DNA of 64,000 nucleotides from positions 43,621 through 107,620 of the forward strand of contig JBAZJV010000002.1 of the NCBI GenBank assembly GCA_041651095.1. The letters are read 5' to 3'. The position numbers were made by a program, and so were the translations under genes. The DNA comes from Patescibacteria group bacterium (GTDB taxonomy: Bacteria > Patescibacteriota > Patescibacteriia > Patescibacteriales > UBA12465). The stretch's first letter is position 1; each line of letters begins with the position of its first letter. Below, piece after piece: positions 1 to 8,056 of the stretch. A model generated the notes under the pieces. The model ran no database searches and was not told the origin of the DNA. It saw only the letters and a program-made list of their open reading frames with translations.

Positions 1-207
1 GGCTTCGGTCGGCACGCGGCCGGCCGAAGTATGCGGCTGATAGATATAGCCTTCGTCTTCGAGCTCCATCATCTCATTACGCACGGTTGCCGGAGAAATA
101 TCCAGCTTGTACTTGTCGACCAGCACGCCGGAAGAAACCGGCTGGGCGCTTTTCACGTACTCTTTGATAATGGTTTCGAGCAAGAATTTTTTACGCTCTG
201 ATATCAT
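1..207 (-). CDS. hrcA: Heat-inducible transcription repressor HrcA, N-terminal part (gene runs off the window start)
   Basis: Reverse translation from the ATG at 207-205 gives MISERKKFLLETIIKEYVKSAQPVSSGVLVDKYKLDISPATVRNEMMELEDEGYIYQPHTSAGRVPTEA, a typical HrcA winged-helix N-terminus. A perfect CIRCE operator lies 22 nt upstream. Confidence 0.85.
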   Translation of the reverse strand, partial: MISERKKFLLETIIKEYVKSAQPVSSGVLVDKYKLDISPATVRNEMMELEDEGYIYQPHTSAGRVPTEA

Positions 208-228
208 ATGGCTATATTATAAACGAAA

Positions 229-255
229 TTAGCACTCGCGTCAAGCGAGTGCTAA
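229..255. promoter_or_regulatory. CIRCE operator (HrcA binding site)
   Basis: TTAGCACTC-gcgtcaagc-GAGTGCTAA is an exact match to the TTAGCACTC-N9-GAGTGCTAA inverted repeat, placed directly upstream of hrcA. Confidence 0.9.
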
Positions 256-299
256 CAGGAACCGGCTGATAATATAATTTTAGCTATTATCAGGAAAAA

Positions 300-800
300 C
301 TACATACCATAGTAGAAACGGTCGGTCTGGTATTTGCCGTATTGGCTGGGGTTTAAGAGCTTCTTGGCCGAGAAGCCCTGTTCGTAACGGTAAATAAGCG
401 AATAATTCCGCAACGGATACTCATTGATCAGAGCATCGCTGAACATATGGATTAGGCCGCCCAAAGTCAAAGCGACCAGGAAAGCGGCTACGACCTTTTT
501 TAAACGCAACAGCCAGGCGGCCAAGAGAATCAGCGGCACGTATTCCCAGGCATGGAACCAGATATGGATCTGGTCGCTGGTCAGGAACTGGCGGCCTTCC
601 AAAAAATAGATCGGGTTGAAATGCGGGCCGAAGACCAGCAAATATTCCAAGACGTGATCCAGATCAATGAAGAATCCGCCCAGGACGCCGCCGATAATTC
701 CCCATTTCACTTGATTAAAACGCTTGCCGGCCAGATAGCCGACTAAAACCGCCAGGATGAAATGGATGCTAAGATGTATTGGTAATGGTAACGGGAACAT
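300..800 (-). CDS. Membrane-bound metal-dependent hydrolase, YdjM/DUF457-like
   Basis: 166 aa and multi-TM. It has His/Asp motifs in the YdjM pattern: N-terminal HLSIH, FIDLDH, and GGLIHMFSDALI. Confidence 0.55.
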   Translation of the reverse strand: MFPLPLPIHLSIHFILAVLVGYLAGKRFNQVKWGIIGGVLGGFFIDLDHVLEYLLVFGPHFNPIYFLEGRQFLTSDQIHIWFHAWEYVPLILLAAWLLRLKKVVAAFLVALTLGGLIHMFSDALINEYPLRNYSLIYRYEQGFSAKKLLNPSQYGKYQTDRFYYGM

Positions 801-805
801 ATATA

Positions 806-2932
806 TTAGGTAGCTGACGGCACTTCAGATGGTACTTGAGTAGTAAAATACCAATTTAAAATATCCTTGGCAATGGGCGCGGCAATCGCGCTCCCTTCCA
901 CGCCTTCTTCGACCAGGACGGCAATGACGATTTGCGGCTGGTCATAGGGGGCGAAACCGATGAACCAGGCGTGCGGCCCTTTCTTGGTCGACCACTGCGC
1001 CGTGCCGGTCTTGCCGGCGACGGCGACAGGCAGGCTGTTCAAGGAACGGGCGCTCCCTAAGGTAATGGTCTCGCGCATGCCTTCACGCACGATTTCCAAA
1101 TTCGCCGGATCAATAAAATTTCGGCGCAGCACTTTCGGCTGGACTGCCTGGACCAGAGAATTATCCGGCGCCAGGATCTCACTGACCAGATGCGGCTCAT
1201 ACAAGGTACCGCCGTTAGCGATGGCCGTCGTGTAATTGGCGACTTGGAGCGGCGTGACCAGGACGTCGCCCTGACCGATGGCGAAATGGTAAGTATCGCC
1301 GATATACCAGGGTTCTTTCTTGGTCTGCTCTTTCCAGTCGGCCGTTGGTACGAAGCCGGGCCGCTCGCCCGGCAAGTCCACGCCGGTGATTTCGCCCAAG
1401 CCGAAGAGCCGCGCGTATTTTACCAGGCCGCTCACGCCCAAGCCTTTGAAATCGCCGTAACCGCCGCCGATATAATAGAAGAAAGTGTTGACCGACCAGG
1501 CCAGCGCCGTCTTGACGTTGGTCAGGCCATGGCCGCCGGCTTTCCAGTCCGGGAAGAACCATTCGCCGATGCGCAGGCCGCCGGTCGAAAGCATGGTGGT
1601 CGCGGCCGTAATGATCTTGTCCTGCAAAGCGCCGGAGGCGAAGATCGGCTTGATGGTGGAGCCGGACGGGAATTCCCCGCTCACCGCGCGGTTGAACAAG
1701 GGATGATCGGGATCGTTCAAGAATTTATCGTAATCCGCCTGGCTGATGCCTTTGGCGAACAGATTATTATTATAGCTGGGCAGGCTGACTAGAGCCAGAA
1801 TCTCGCCGTTATTCGGATTCATCACGATGACCGCGGCCCGGTGCAGATTCGCTTTCTTCAGATAGGCCTGGGTTACTTCTTCGGCTTTCTGCTGCAGCGC
1901 GGCGTTGAGCGACAATTTCAGGTTATAGCCATCGCGCGCCGGCACTTCGTTGATTATCTTCTTCTGGCGGCCGAGCGCGTCCACTTCGATATTCTTCTTG
2001 CCCGGCGAGCCTTTGAGTTCTTTTTCCCAGGCGTACTCAATGCCCATCTTGCCGACGTAATCGATGGGCGAATAGTCGGCGCCGGCCGTCTGCAATTCGG
2101 CGTCGCTGATCTTGCCGGTATAGCCCAGGATATGGGAAAAGCTGCTTTCGCCGAGCACGGTCGGGCTGGAAGAAGCGACGGGCAAGAGGTATTCCCGCCG
2201 AATCTTGTTGGTCAGATAGACGCCCGGCCACTCCGACAAGTGCAGCATGATGAGCATGGCCCGGTCGTAGTCGATATTATCGGCGACGAACAAAGGCTGG
2301 TATGATTCCAGAGAACCGATTTTTACTTTGGAGAGCGCGTCTTTGAGCTGATAGAAAGTCGCGTTGTCGGCCACGATGTCGACCGGCGAAGCAGCGCCGG
2401 GCGCGGACAAACGGGCGGCGACGGCCACGGTCGAAGTGCCGGATAAAAGGCCGCTAATCTGGCGCAGCAGGTTATCGCGGGCCAACTCGTCGCGCGGCAG
2501 GTCTATTGGTTTAAAATAGAGCACGAAGTTGGCCTTATTGCGGACTAAGGGTTGCCGGTCGCTGGTATAGATGATGCCGCGCTTGGGCTCGATGGTTTCG
2601 GCGCGTAGCCGGTTGCCTTCGGAAAGCAGGCTGTAGTAGTCGTTCTTGGTCACCTGCAGCCAGAAGACGCGGCCGCCCAGGATGATAAAGGCCAGGAGGG
2701 CGGCGAGAGCGAAATATTTCAAACGGCGCAGATCAAAAGAGCGGGTAACCATTTCCTTGTGGCTGGTATCGACCAGGTACGAGCCTTCGGCCCAGTCGGC
2801 ATAGTAAAAAGAATCCTTGAGTTCGCCAAAAGGCAGCTTGCCTTCCTGCACTAGAAAAGGATCTTCGTCCTTGGGGCGCAGGGACTCGATAAGCTTGTTT
2901 TTCTTGGCCATTCTGAAGAATTTCGGGCTCAT
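806..2932 (-). CDS. mrdA: Penicillin-binding protein 2 / peptidoglycan D,D-transpeptidase
   Basis: 708 aa with an N-terminal TM anchor. The transpeptidase triad is present: SGSTIKP (SxxK), WSVN (SxN) and KTGTA (KTG). An alternative start at MAKKNK is possible. Confidence 0.85.
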   Translation of the reverse strand: MSPKFFRMAKKNKLIESLRPKDEDPFLVQEGKLPFGELKDSFYYADWAEGSYLVDTSHKEMVTRSFDLRRLKYFALAALLAFIILGGRVFWLQVTKNDYYSLLSEGNRLRAETIEPKRGIIYTSDRQPLVRNKANFVLYFKPIDLPRDELARDNLLRQISGLLSGTSTVAVAARLSAPGAASPVDIVADNATFYQLKDALSKVKIGSLESYQPLFVADNIDYDRAMLIMLHLSEWPGVYLTNKIRREYLLPVASSSPTVLGESSFSHILGYTGKISDAELQTAGADYSPIDYVGKMGIEYAWEKELKGSPGKKNIEVDALGRQKKIINEVPARDGYNLKLSLNAALQQKAEEVTQAYLKKANLHRAAVIVMNPNNGEILALVSLPSYNNNLFAKGISQADYDKFLNDPDHPLFNRAVSGEFPSGSTIKPIFASGALQDKIITAATTMLSTGGLRIGEWFFPDWKAGGHGLTNVKTALAWSVNTFFYYIGGGYGDFKGLGVSGLVKYARLFGLGEITGVDLPGERPGFVPTADWKEQTKKEPWYIGDTYHFAIGQGDVLVTPLQVANYTTAIANGGTLYEPHLVSEILAPDNSLVQAVQPKVLRRNFIDPANLEIVREGMRETITLGSARSLNSLPVAVAGKTGTAQWSTKKGPHAWFIGFAPYDQPQIVIAVLVEEGVEGSAIAAPIAKDILNWYFTTQVPSEVPSAT

Positions 2933-3067
2933 ATCTTTTCCTTATTCTATCGCGGATCAGGAGAAAGGGCAAGAAAGGAAAATGAGGGGGATTTTATGGG
3001 GAGAGGTGGTTGTTATATATAATAAACTATGATAAAATTATTATATAATTTTTTTAATAAAAAAATT

Positions 3068-3142
3068 ATGAAAAAAGTTTCAAAAAAACTGGCCAAAGCT
3101 GTGGCTCAAGCTGTTGGCAACTGGATTCCTTGGAGAGACTAG
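3068..3142 (+). CDS. Small ORF, 24 aa (MKKVSKKLAKAVAQAVGNWIPWRD), candidate precursor or small membrane-active peptide
   Basis: The ATG at 3068 is preceded by an AT-rich region containing tataat. The peptide has a Lys-rich amphipathic N-terminus and a C-terminal NWIPWRD. A strong hairpin and then an isoprenoid-synthase-like gene follow. It is too short to appear in the ORF track. Confidence 0.3.
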   Translation: MKKVSKKLAKAVAQAVGNWIPWRD

Positions 3143-3151
3143 CCAAAAAAT

Positions 3152-3184
3152 AAAAAGCGCCTTAGAAGGTGCTTTTTATTTTAA
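3152..3184 (+). terminator. Hairpin plus T-tract (intrinsic terminator or attenuator) between the small ORF and the downstream enzyme gene
   Basis: aaaaagcgcc-ttagaa-ggtgcttttt forms a 10-bp stem with one G-U pair, followed by attttaaa. Confidence 0.5.
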
Positions 3185-3194
3185 ACATAAAAAT

Positions 3195-3995
3195 ATGAAA
3201 ATAGAAAACATTATTGCGAACTGGCCTAAATTATTTTTGGAGGCTTTAACAGAAAAAAGGGACAACAATCTTATTAAAATATTATCTTCAGCTAATAAAT
3301 ACTGGTGGCTAGCTTATAATATATATGATGATATATTAGATGGAGATAGCGATGCGTTTCAACTTCCAATAGCAAATAATTACTTTATAAAATTTATATC
3401 CAGTTATTATAAACTAAATTTACCGAAGCAATTCTATCAAATTTTTGAAAAAACAATAACTAATGTAGAAAAGGCAAATAAATTAGAATTAAAGCAACAA
3501 AAATTAAAATTTAATGATGGTAAAATTATAATTCCCCAAATATTACCGGGGTTTACTGATTTAAAAATGCTATCTAAAAAATCATTAGCGTTATCATTAG
3601 GACCAATAGCTATAGCATACTATCTAAATTTAGGTCAGAGGAAAGTAAATTTATGTATAGAATTTTTTAAAAATTTTTTAGCTGCGAAACAATTATCTGA
3701 TGATGCACATGATTGGCTGGAAGATTTACAATCTGGCAAGATTACCGCCGCTAATAGCCTAATTCTAAAGGAGGCTAGGACTAATAAAATAGTTTTAGAT
3801 TTAAATAATCAACAATCATTATTTAAATTATTTTTAAAAATTAACTCTACAACTGGTAAAAATGTAATTAAACTATGCAAACAAGCCAATAAACTAGCAC
3901 TTAGAATCGGCTTACAAAAAAATTGCAAATTTCTCAATATCACTATAATTCCTATTCAAAATGCCGCGAACAGAGCTCTAAAGATCAATAACTAG
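3195..3995 (+). CDS. Class I isoprenoid-synthase-fold protein (ComQ / polyprenyl-synthase / terpene-synthase-like), divergent
   Basis: There are two Asp-rich motifs about 124 residues apart: YDDILDGDSD (nt 3327-3341, DDxxD) and KQLSDDAHDWLEDL (nt 3699-3725, DDxxD / DDxxDxxxD). The protein looks all-helical and AT-rich. I start it at the ATG at 3195 (MKIENIIANW) because the track start at TTG 3114 overlaps the small ORF and the hairpin. Confidence 0.45.
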   Translation: MKIENIIANWPKLFLEALTEKRDNNLIKILSSANKYWWLAYNIYDDILDGDSDAFQLPIANNYFIKFISSYYKLNLPKQFYQIFEKTITNVEKANKLELKQQKLKFNDGKIIIPQILPGFTDLKMLSKKSLALSLGPIAIAYYLNLGQRKVNLCIEFFKNFLAAKQLSDDAHDWLEDLQSGKITAANSLILKEARTNKIVLDLNNQQSLFKLFLKINSTTGKNVIKLCKQANKLALRIGLQKNCKFLNITIIPIQNAANRALKINN

Positions 3996-4016
3996 GACTA
4001 CTAATATCTAATCTAA

Positions 4017-4199
4017 ATCAACTATAAACCCGCATTCGACATGCGGGTTTATGATAAATATACGCTTAAAGAAGGAAGCGCACTTGAGAGACGAAAACTA
4101 CTAGCAAACCCTAGAAGCAGAATAGTACTAAAAAAAGAAGCTAACACTGTTAGAAAAATAAAAAACATCGGTATTAGTCAGATGTTTTTTAATAGATAG
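4017..4199 (+). pseudogene. 3' gene remnant, possibly the C-terminal part of a large serine recombinase (copy 1)
   Basis: The open frame reads INYKPAFDMRVYDKYTLKEGSALERRKLLANPRSRIVLKKEANTVRK... It has no plausible N-terminus and is about 75% nt-identical over about 90 nt to the fragment at 8135-8230. The ...LLxxLxSxIxLKDKKL pattern recalls recombinase C-termini from memory only. Confidence 0.3.
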
Positions 4200-4403
4200 A
4201 TTCTTTTACATCTTTTCACTGGAAATATCAAAAAATCTCTCAAAGAAGCTAGTTAACTTATTTAAAACGCTTTCTCTCTTTTTCCCATAACCACCAGGAG
4301 AAAATCATGATGGTTTATTTACCATAATTTTTGTTATTGCCGTCACTGTTGTAGTAACACTGCCATCACTAAAAGCATTTTTTATAAATGTATAAGTGGC
4401 ATC

Positions 4404-4919
4404 TTAACCAAGCTTATTCTCATCCATCAATATAACGACTAAAGCGTTGAGAGTTATATAACCATTTTTAATTAGAAGGTTATCTCTTTTGTCATTTGGA
4501 TTTTTACTGCCATGAAATAAGTTATTTCTGATAACATGCCAAAATTCAATCATGTTTTTCCAGTCATCCAAATTTCTTATTTTGCCTCGTTCATTAATAT
4601 TAGAGTAATCCCAATATTTCAAACCATGTACTATATCACTATTCTGATCCACTTCGCCTATCGGTAATTTATCTAACTCATTTTTTATTTTTGTCCACGA
4701 AGAATTTAAAATGCCATCTTTTACTTTTTCGATATATAAGGATTTAACATATTCATCATTTTTGAGTTTCCTTAAGGCTTTCCAATCTTCATTTTGATCT
4801 ATATATATTTTTCTTTTTAGCAAAGCAATAAAAGCTAGATATTCAAAAATAAATTTAGAAAAATATTCTTCTTCCGATGCTTTAGCGTGCCAATTTTTTA
4901 TCAGGTTATCAAAATTCAT
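4404..4919 (-). CDS. HEPN-domain protein (putative RNase), fourth gene of the OLD/UvrD operon
   Basis: 171 aa. An Rx4H motif sits in FWHVIRNNLFHGSKN (R131/H136, His codon at 4512-4514) in a C-terminal helical context. The start lies 1 nt after the stop of the upstream gene. Confidence 0.55.
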   Translation of the reverse strand: MNFDNLIKNWHAKASEEEYFSKFIFEYLAFIALLKRKIYIDQNEDWKALRKLKNDEYVKSLYIEKVKDGILNSSWTKIKNELDKLPIGEVDQNSDIVHGLKYWDYSNINERGKIRNLDDWKNMIEFWHVIRNNLFHGSKNPNDKRDNLLIKNGYITLNALVVILMDENKLG

Positions 4920-4920
4920 A

Positions 4921-5367
4921 TTATTTTATATTATTTTTTCCTATTTCTTTGCTTGCAATATTATGAACTGTCTTTGCTTTTGTTTTTATGTCGTCTGGTA
5001 ATTCAATTAACATAATCTCTATATCTAATGGGGTTTTACCAGTCGATATTCTTTTAAAAAAATTATAAAAATTTTTATTAGTTAAAACTAATATTTTTCT
5101 TTTTGCTTTAACTAACGACAACATGTATATGTCAAAATAGATTGATTTTACCGATCCTACTCCCGCCCTGCCATTTTCTCTAGTCTGATGTGACTTGATA
5201 TCCCCGATAATATTTTTATCTAGCGACACTATATCAAATTTATGGCTTCCCCCAGTCACTAATTTCAATTTTATGTCTTTATTATAAAACTCACATCCTA
5301 TTTTTTCTCTCAGTCTCTCCCTGACATAGGGCTCAATTAGCTGCGATAATATTTTTGTATTTGCCAT
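4921..5367 (-). CDS. Small PD-(D/E)xK-like (restriction-endonuclease-fold) protein, third gene of the operon
   Basis: 148 aa. It has N-terminal helix acidic residues (EPYVRERLRE), then KFDIVS (D45) and IIGDIKS (D56-x-K58), which is the classical D...(D/E)xK spacing. It lies 6 nt downstream of the helicase stop. Confidence 0.4.
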   Translation of the reverse strand: MANTKILSQLIEPYVRERLREKIGCEFYNKDIKLKLVTGGSHKFDIVSLDKNIIGDIKSHQTRENGRAGVGSVKSIYFDIYMLSLVKAKRKILVLTNKNFYNFFKRISTGKTPLDIEIMLIELPDDIKTKAKTVHNIASKEIGKNNIK

Positions 5368-5373
5368 ATATTT

Positions 5374-6423
5374 TTAATCTATAACAAATACTACACTATA
5401 TTTTGCTCTAGTAACGGCCACATATAACTTTGGGATGTCGCCAGCCTTTGAAATGTCGTTAGTGCTTAAATATGTTAACATTGGTTTTGTCGGGAAAATT
5501 AAAACTCTATCATATGTAAGCCCTTTTGAAACGCCAATGTTAATAGCGCGCAAACCCATTGAATCCGAATCTATTCTATATTTTAATATTGCAGGTTTAA
5601 ACTTTTCTACATAACTTAAAACATCTTTTCCCGCAATGTTAAAAATTCCATCGTGACCTGTTATCTCAATATTAGTTGACGTTGTCTTTGGCATATTAGG
5701 AAATAACGCGTCAGCAAAATCACATATTTTTTGATTACATCGATGACATTCACATTTTTCTTCCAACGAAATTAATTTCTTTTTTTCTAATTCCTTCGCC
5801 CAGTAAAAAATTCCCCCTCTTTTAAATTTTCTATTCTTTGAAGAGTTATTAGTGCTAAACGTAGACTGACGCGGGTCGCCAACTGCTGTTATAAAAATAT
5901 TGGAATTAAAAAGTTTTTCCATAATATTTAAATCATAGCCAGATAAATCCTGCAGCTCATCGACGAAAACAAAATCGTAATTTTTCTGAAGACGATGAAT
6001 TACTAAACCACTGCTCATATCGTCTACATGGACAACAAATTCTGAAACTCTATCTCGGAATATATCATTATTTTCAGAAACAAAATAAGTTTTTGCATGT
6101 TCTTTTCTTGAATATTTTACGTAATTTGGTAAATTGGAGAATATAATTCCATTAATTCGCTGCTCAATAATAATATTTTGATATGGATGTACCCCATCTT
6201 GAAAAAGAAAAGTGTACCAAGAAAGTATGGTTACGTTTTTAGGAACGTGGCCAATTTTTTTAATAAAAAATCCTCTAATTTGTTCCAAATTTTCATTGGT
6301 ATAAGTAGTAATTAATATTTTTTTGTCGGGTAATTTCAATGCCTCATTAACAATAAATGTTGTTTTACCTGATCCAGCGCTTGCAATAACAATTTTATTT
6401 TTATGAGATAGCGTCGTTGACAT
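5374..6423 (-). CDS. Compact UvrD/Rep-like SF1 helicase (GajB-like)
   Basis: SF1 motifs are present: ASAGSGKTT (I), ITTYTNE (Ia), FVFVDELQDLSGYD (II), AVGDPRQS (III) and LYVAVTRAKYSVVFV (VI). The likely start is the ATG at 6423 (MSTTLSHKNK), which overlaps the OLD gene's 3' end by 23 nt. The track start at 6456 is a TTG. Confidence 0.8.
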   Translation of the reverse strand: MSTTLSHKNKIVIASAGSGKTTFIVNEALKLPDKKILITTYTNENLEQIRGFFIKKIGHVPKNVTILSWYTFLFQDGVHPYQNIIIEQRINGIIFSNLPNYVKYSRKEHAKTYFVSENNDIFRDRVSEFVVHVDDMSSGLVIHRLQKNYDFVFVDELQDLSGYDLNIMEKLFNSNIFITAVGDPRQSTFSTNNSSKNRKFKRGGIFYWAKELEKKKLISLEEKCECHRCNQKICDFADALFPNMPKTTSTNIEITGHDGIFNIAGKDVLSYVEKFKPAILKYRIDSDSMGLRAINIGVSKGLTYDRVLIFPTKPMLTYLSTNDISKAGDIPKLYVAVTRAKYSVVFVID

Positions 6424-8005
6424 AATCTGGCATATTAATACTTTCTTCGCTCTCAAATATTTTTAAGGCACAGTCTGTTTTATTATTCTCCATATACTGT
6501 ACAAGTGCTTTTTTATCTTTCTTGGTTCCAAAAATTTTATTCAATACGGCTATATCATTGCAGGCGACAATATTTGGCTCTAATGTATTCAATTTATTGT
6601 CATCGCTAGAACATACTTTTATTCTGCCCGTGCCTATATACGCTTCATATTTTTCAATTACATTTTTTTGATAATCATGATCATTATCAGTAACAACAAC
6701 TACATCCTTACCCAGTTCTTTTGCAATATCCAAAAATCTAGTGAAAGAAAGTCCTCTAACATTTATAACATCTACGCCATCTTCGATTGGCAATTTCCCA
6801 TACTTCATGATATATGCTTTCTGAATTAAAAGTTCATCAGACGGTCCTTCTACTAATATTGATTTATTCGCCAAAATTAGTCTTAGAGTATCGTACCCAG
6901 AAAGTTTTTTAAAATAATTTTGAGTATCAATTGGTAAATTTCTTAAAAAGGCTTTGTTGTTATTATAAATAAAAATAAGTTTGTCTATCCCCAACTTATT
7001 CAAAACATAGGCACTGTGGGTTGTTATAAATATTTGCTTGCCTCCACACCTATTTTTTATTTTACTTATAAGTTTATTCATTGAAGAAAAAGACAGGTGA
7101 TTTTCTGGTTCCTCAATTAAAATTACATCTGATTTATCGGCCTGTCTTTCTAAGGCTAACATTATTTTTAAAGCGTTTTGTTCTCCTTGGCCGGCTAACT
7201 GAAACGGGATACCGTCTAAATGAGGCACCAGGTTAGTTTCCCAATTTGCTTTTTGTGAAATATCAATCGATATCGCGAGGTCTTTATCAGTGATTACCCC
7301 TTTGCGCTCTGTTAGTTTGTCATTAATGCCCTTTATTGATGGCTCATCAGAAAATTTTTCTTTTAAACTCCTGTAAGTAATAGCAAGAGCCACTTTTTCT
7401 CTGGCTTCCAGGCCGCTATTTATTATATTCTGCAAATAATAGTCTGTTCCGCTTTGCAGACGTATAGATGTCGCATCTATGAAAGATGTATTTACAGGAA
7501 AACTTCTTGGAGCTACGGATTTATTTGCAAATGAGTGCCAGTAGATTTTATAATATTCTGTTGGGATCATCTTAATTTCGGCTCTATTTTCTAGTAATTT
7601 ACTATAATCATCTCTGTAGTCTTCATCAAATGTAATTTCCACCTTAACTCCTGGGCAATCTTCTCTTTCTGAATTATTATTACCAATCAATATTTCAGTT
7701 CCTTCAATTTCAGAAAAATATAACTCAATAATTATTTTTGGTAAGTCTGGATTCCCCCCTTTGTATATATTAGACAAATAGTCATTAACGCATTCCTTAT
7801 TAAACAAGTAGGGCGATAGCTCCGTTTCTGCGAACCTCCCATTAATCTTTTTTGTTAAGGCTAGATTTATTGCCTCAAGAATTGTAGACTTACCAACTTC
7901 ATTATTGCCAACTAAAATATTTAAATCTGAATTAAAATCCAGGGTAAATAATTGGAAAAGTTTATAATTCTGTATCTTGATTTTTTTTATCATAGAAATA
8001 ATCAA
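6401..8005 (-). CDS. OLD-family ATP-dependent endonuclease (ABC-type ATPase + Toprim; GajA-like)
   Basis: 534 aa. It has Walker A GNNEVGKST, signature/Walker B region LIEEPENHLS, FITTHS, and a C-terminal Toprim domain with ILVEGPSDELL and VVVVTDNDHD. Confidence 0.85.
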   Translation of the reverse strand: MIISMIKKIKIQNYKLFQLFTLDFNSDLNILVGNNEVGKSTILEAINLALTKKINGRFAETELSPYLFNKECVNDYLSNIYKGGNPDLPKIIIELYFSEIEGTEILIGNNNSEREDCPGVKVEITFDEDYRDDYSKLLENRAEIKMIPTEYYKIYWHSFANKSVAPRSFPVNTSFIDATSIRLQSGTDYYLQNIINSGLEAREKVALAITYRSLKEKFSDEPSIKGINDKLTERKGVITDKDLAISIDISQKANWETNLVPHLDGIPFQLAGQGEQNALKIMLALERQADKSDVILIEEPENHLSFSSMNKLISKIKNRCGGKQIFITTHSAYVLNKLGIDKLIFIYNNNKAFLRNLPIDTQNYFKKLSGYDTLRLILANKSILVEGPSDELLIQKAYIMKYGKLPIEDGVDVINVRGLSFTRFLDIAKELGKDVVVVTDNDHDYQKNVIEKYEAYIGTGRIKVCSSDDNKLNTLEPNIVACNDIAVLNKIFGTKKDKKALVQYMENNKTDCALKIFESEESINMPDYVNDAIS

Positions 8006-8056
8006 TTATAGCTATATTCGAATTTAAAAATTTAGTATCAAAATAAAATTTTCTAA

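Noticed and set aside
3114-3194. The ORF-track start (TTG 3114) for the isoprenoid-synthase-like gene.
   Set aside because: This extension overlaps the 24-codon ORF and runs through a strong terminator-like hairpin (3152-3184). The ATG at 3195 directly after the hairpin is more plausible.
4026-4050. A perfect 10-bp hairpin (aaacccgcat-tcgac-atgcgggttt) as the terminator of the isoprenoid-synthase-like gene.
   Set aside because: It lacks a T-tract. Its counterpart in the second copy (8135-8159) is imperfect, and both lie inside the conserved coding-like remnant. The palindrome may be incidental to the ancestral coding sequence. A weak terminator function cannot be excluded.
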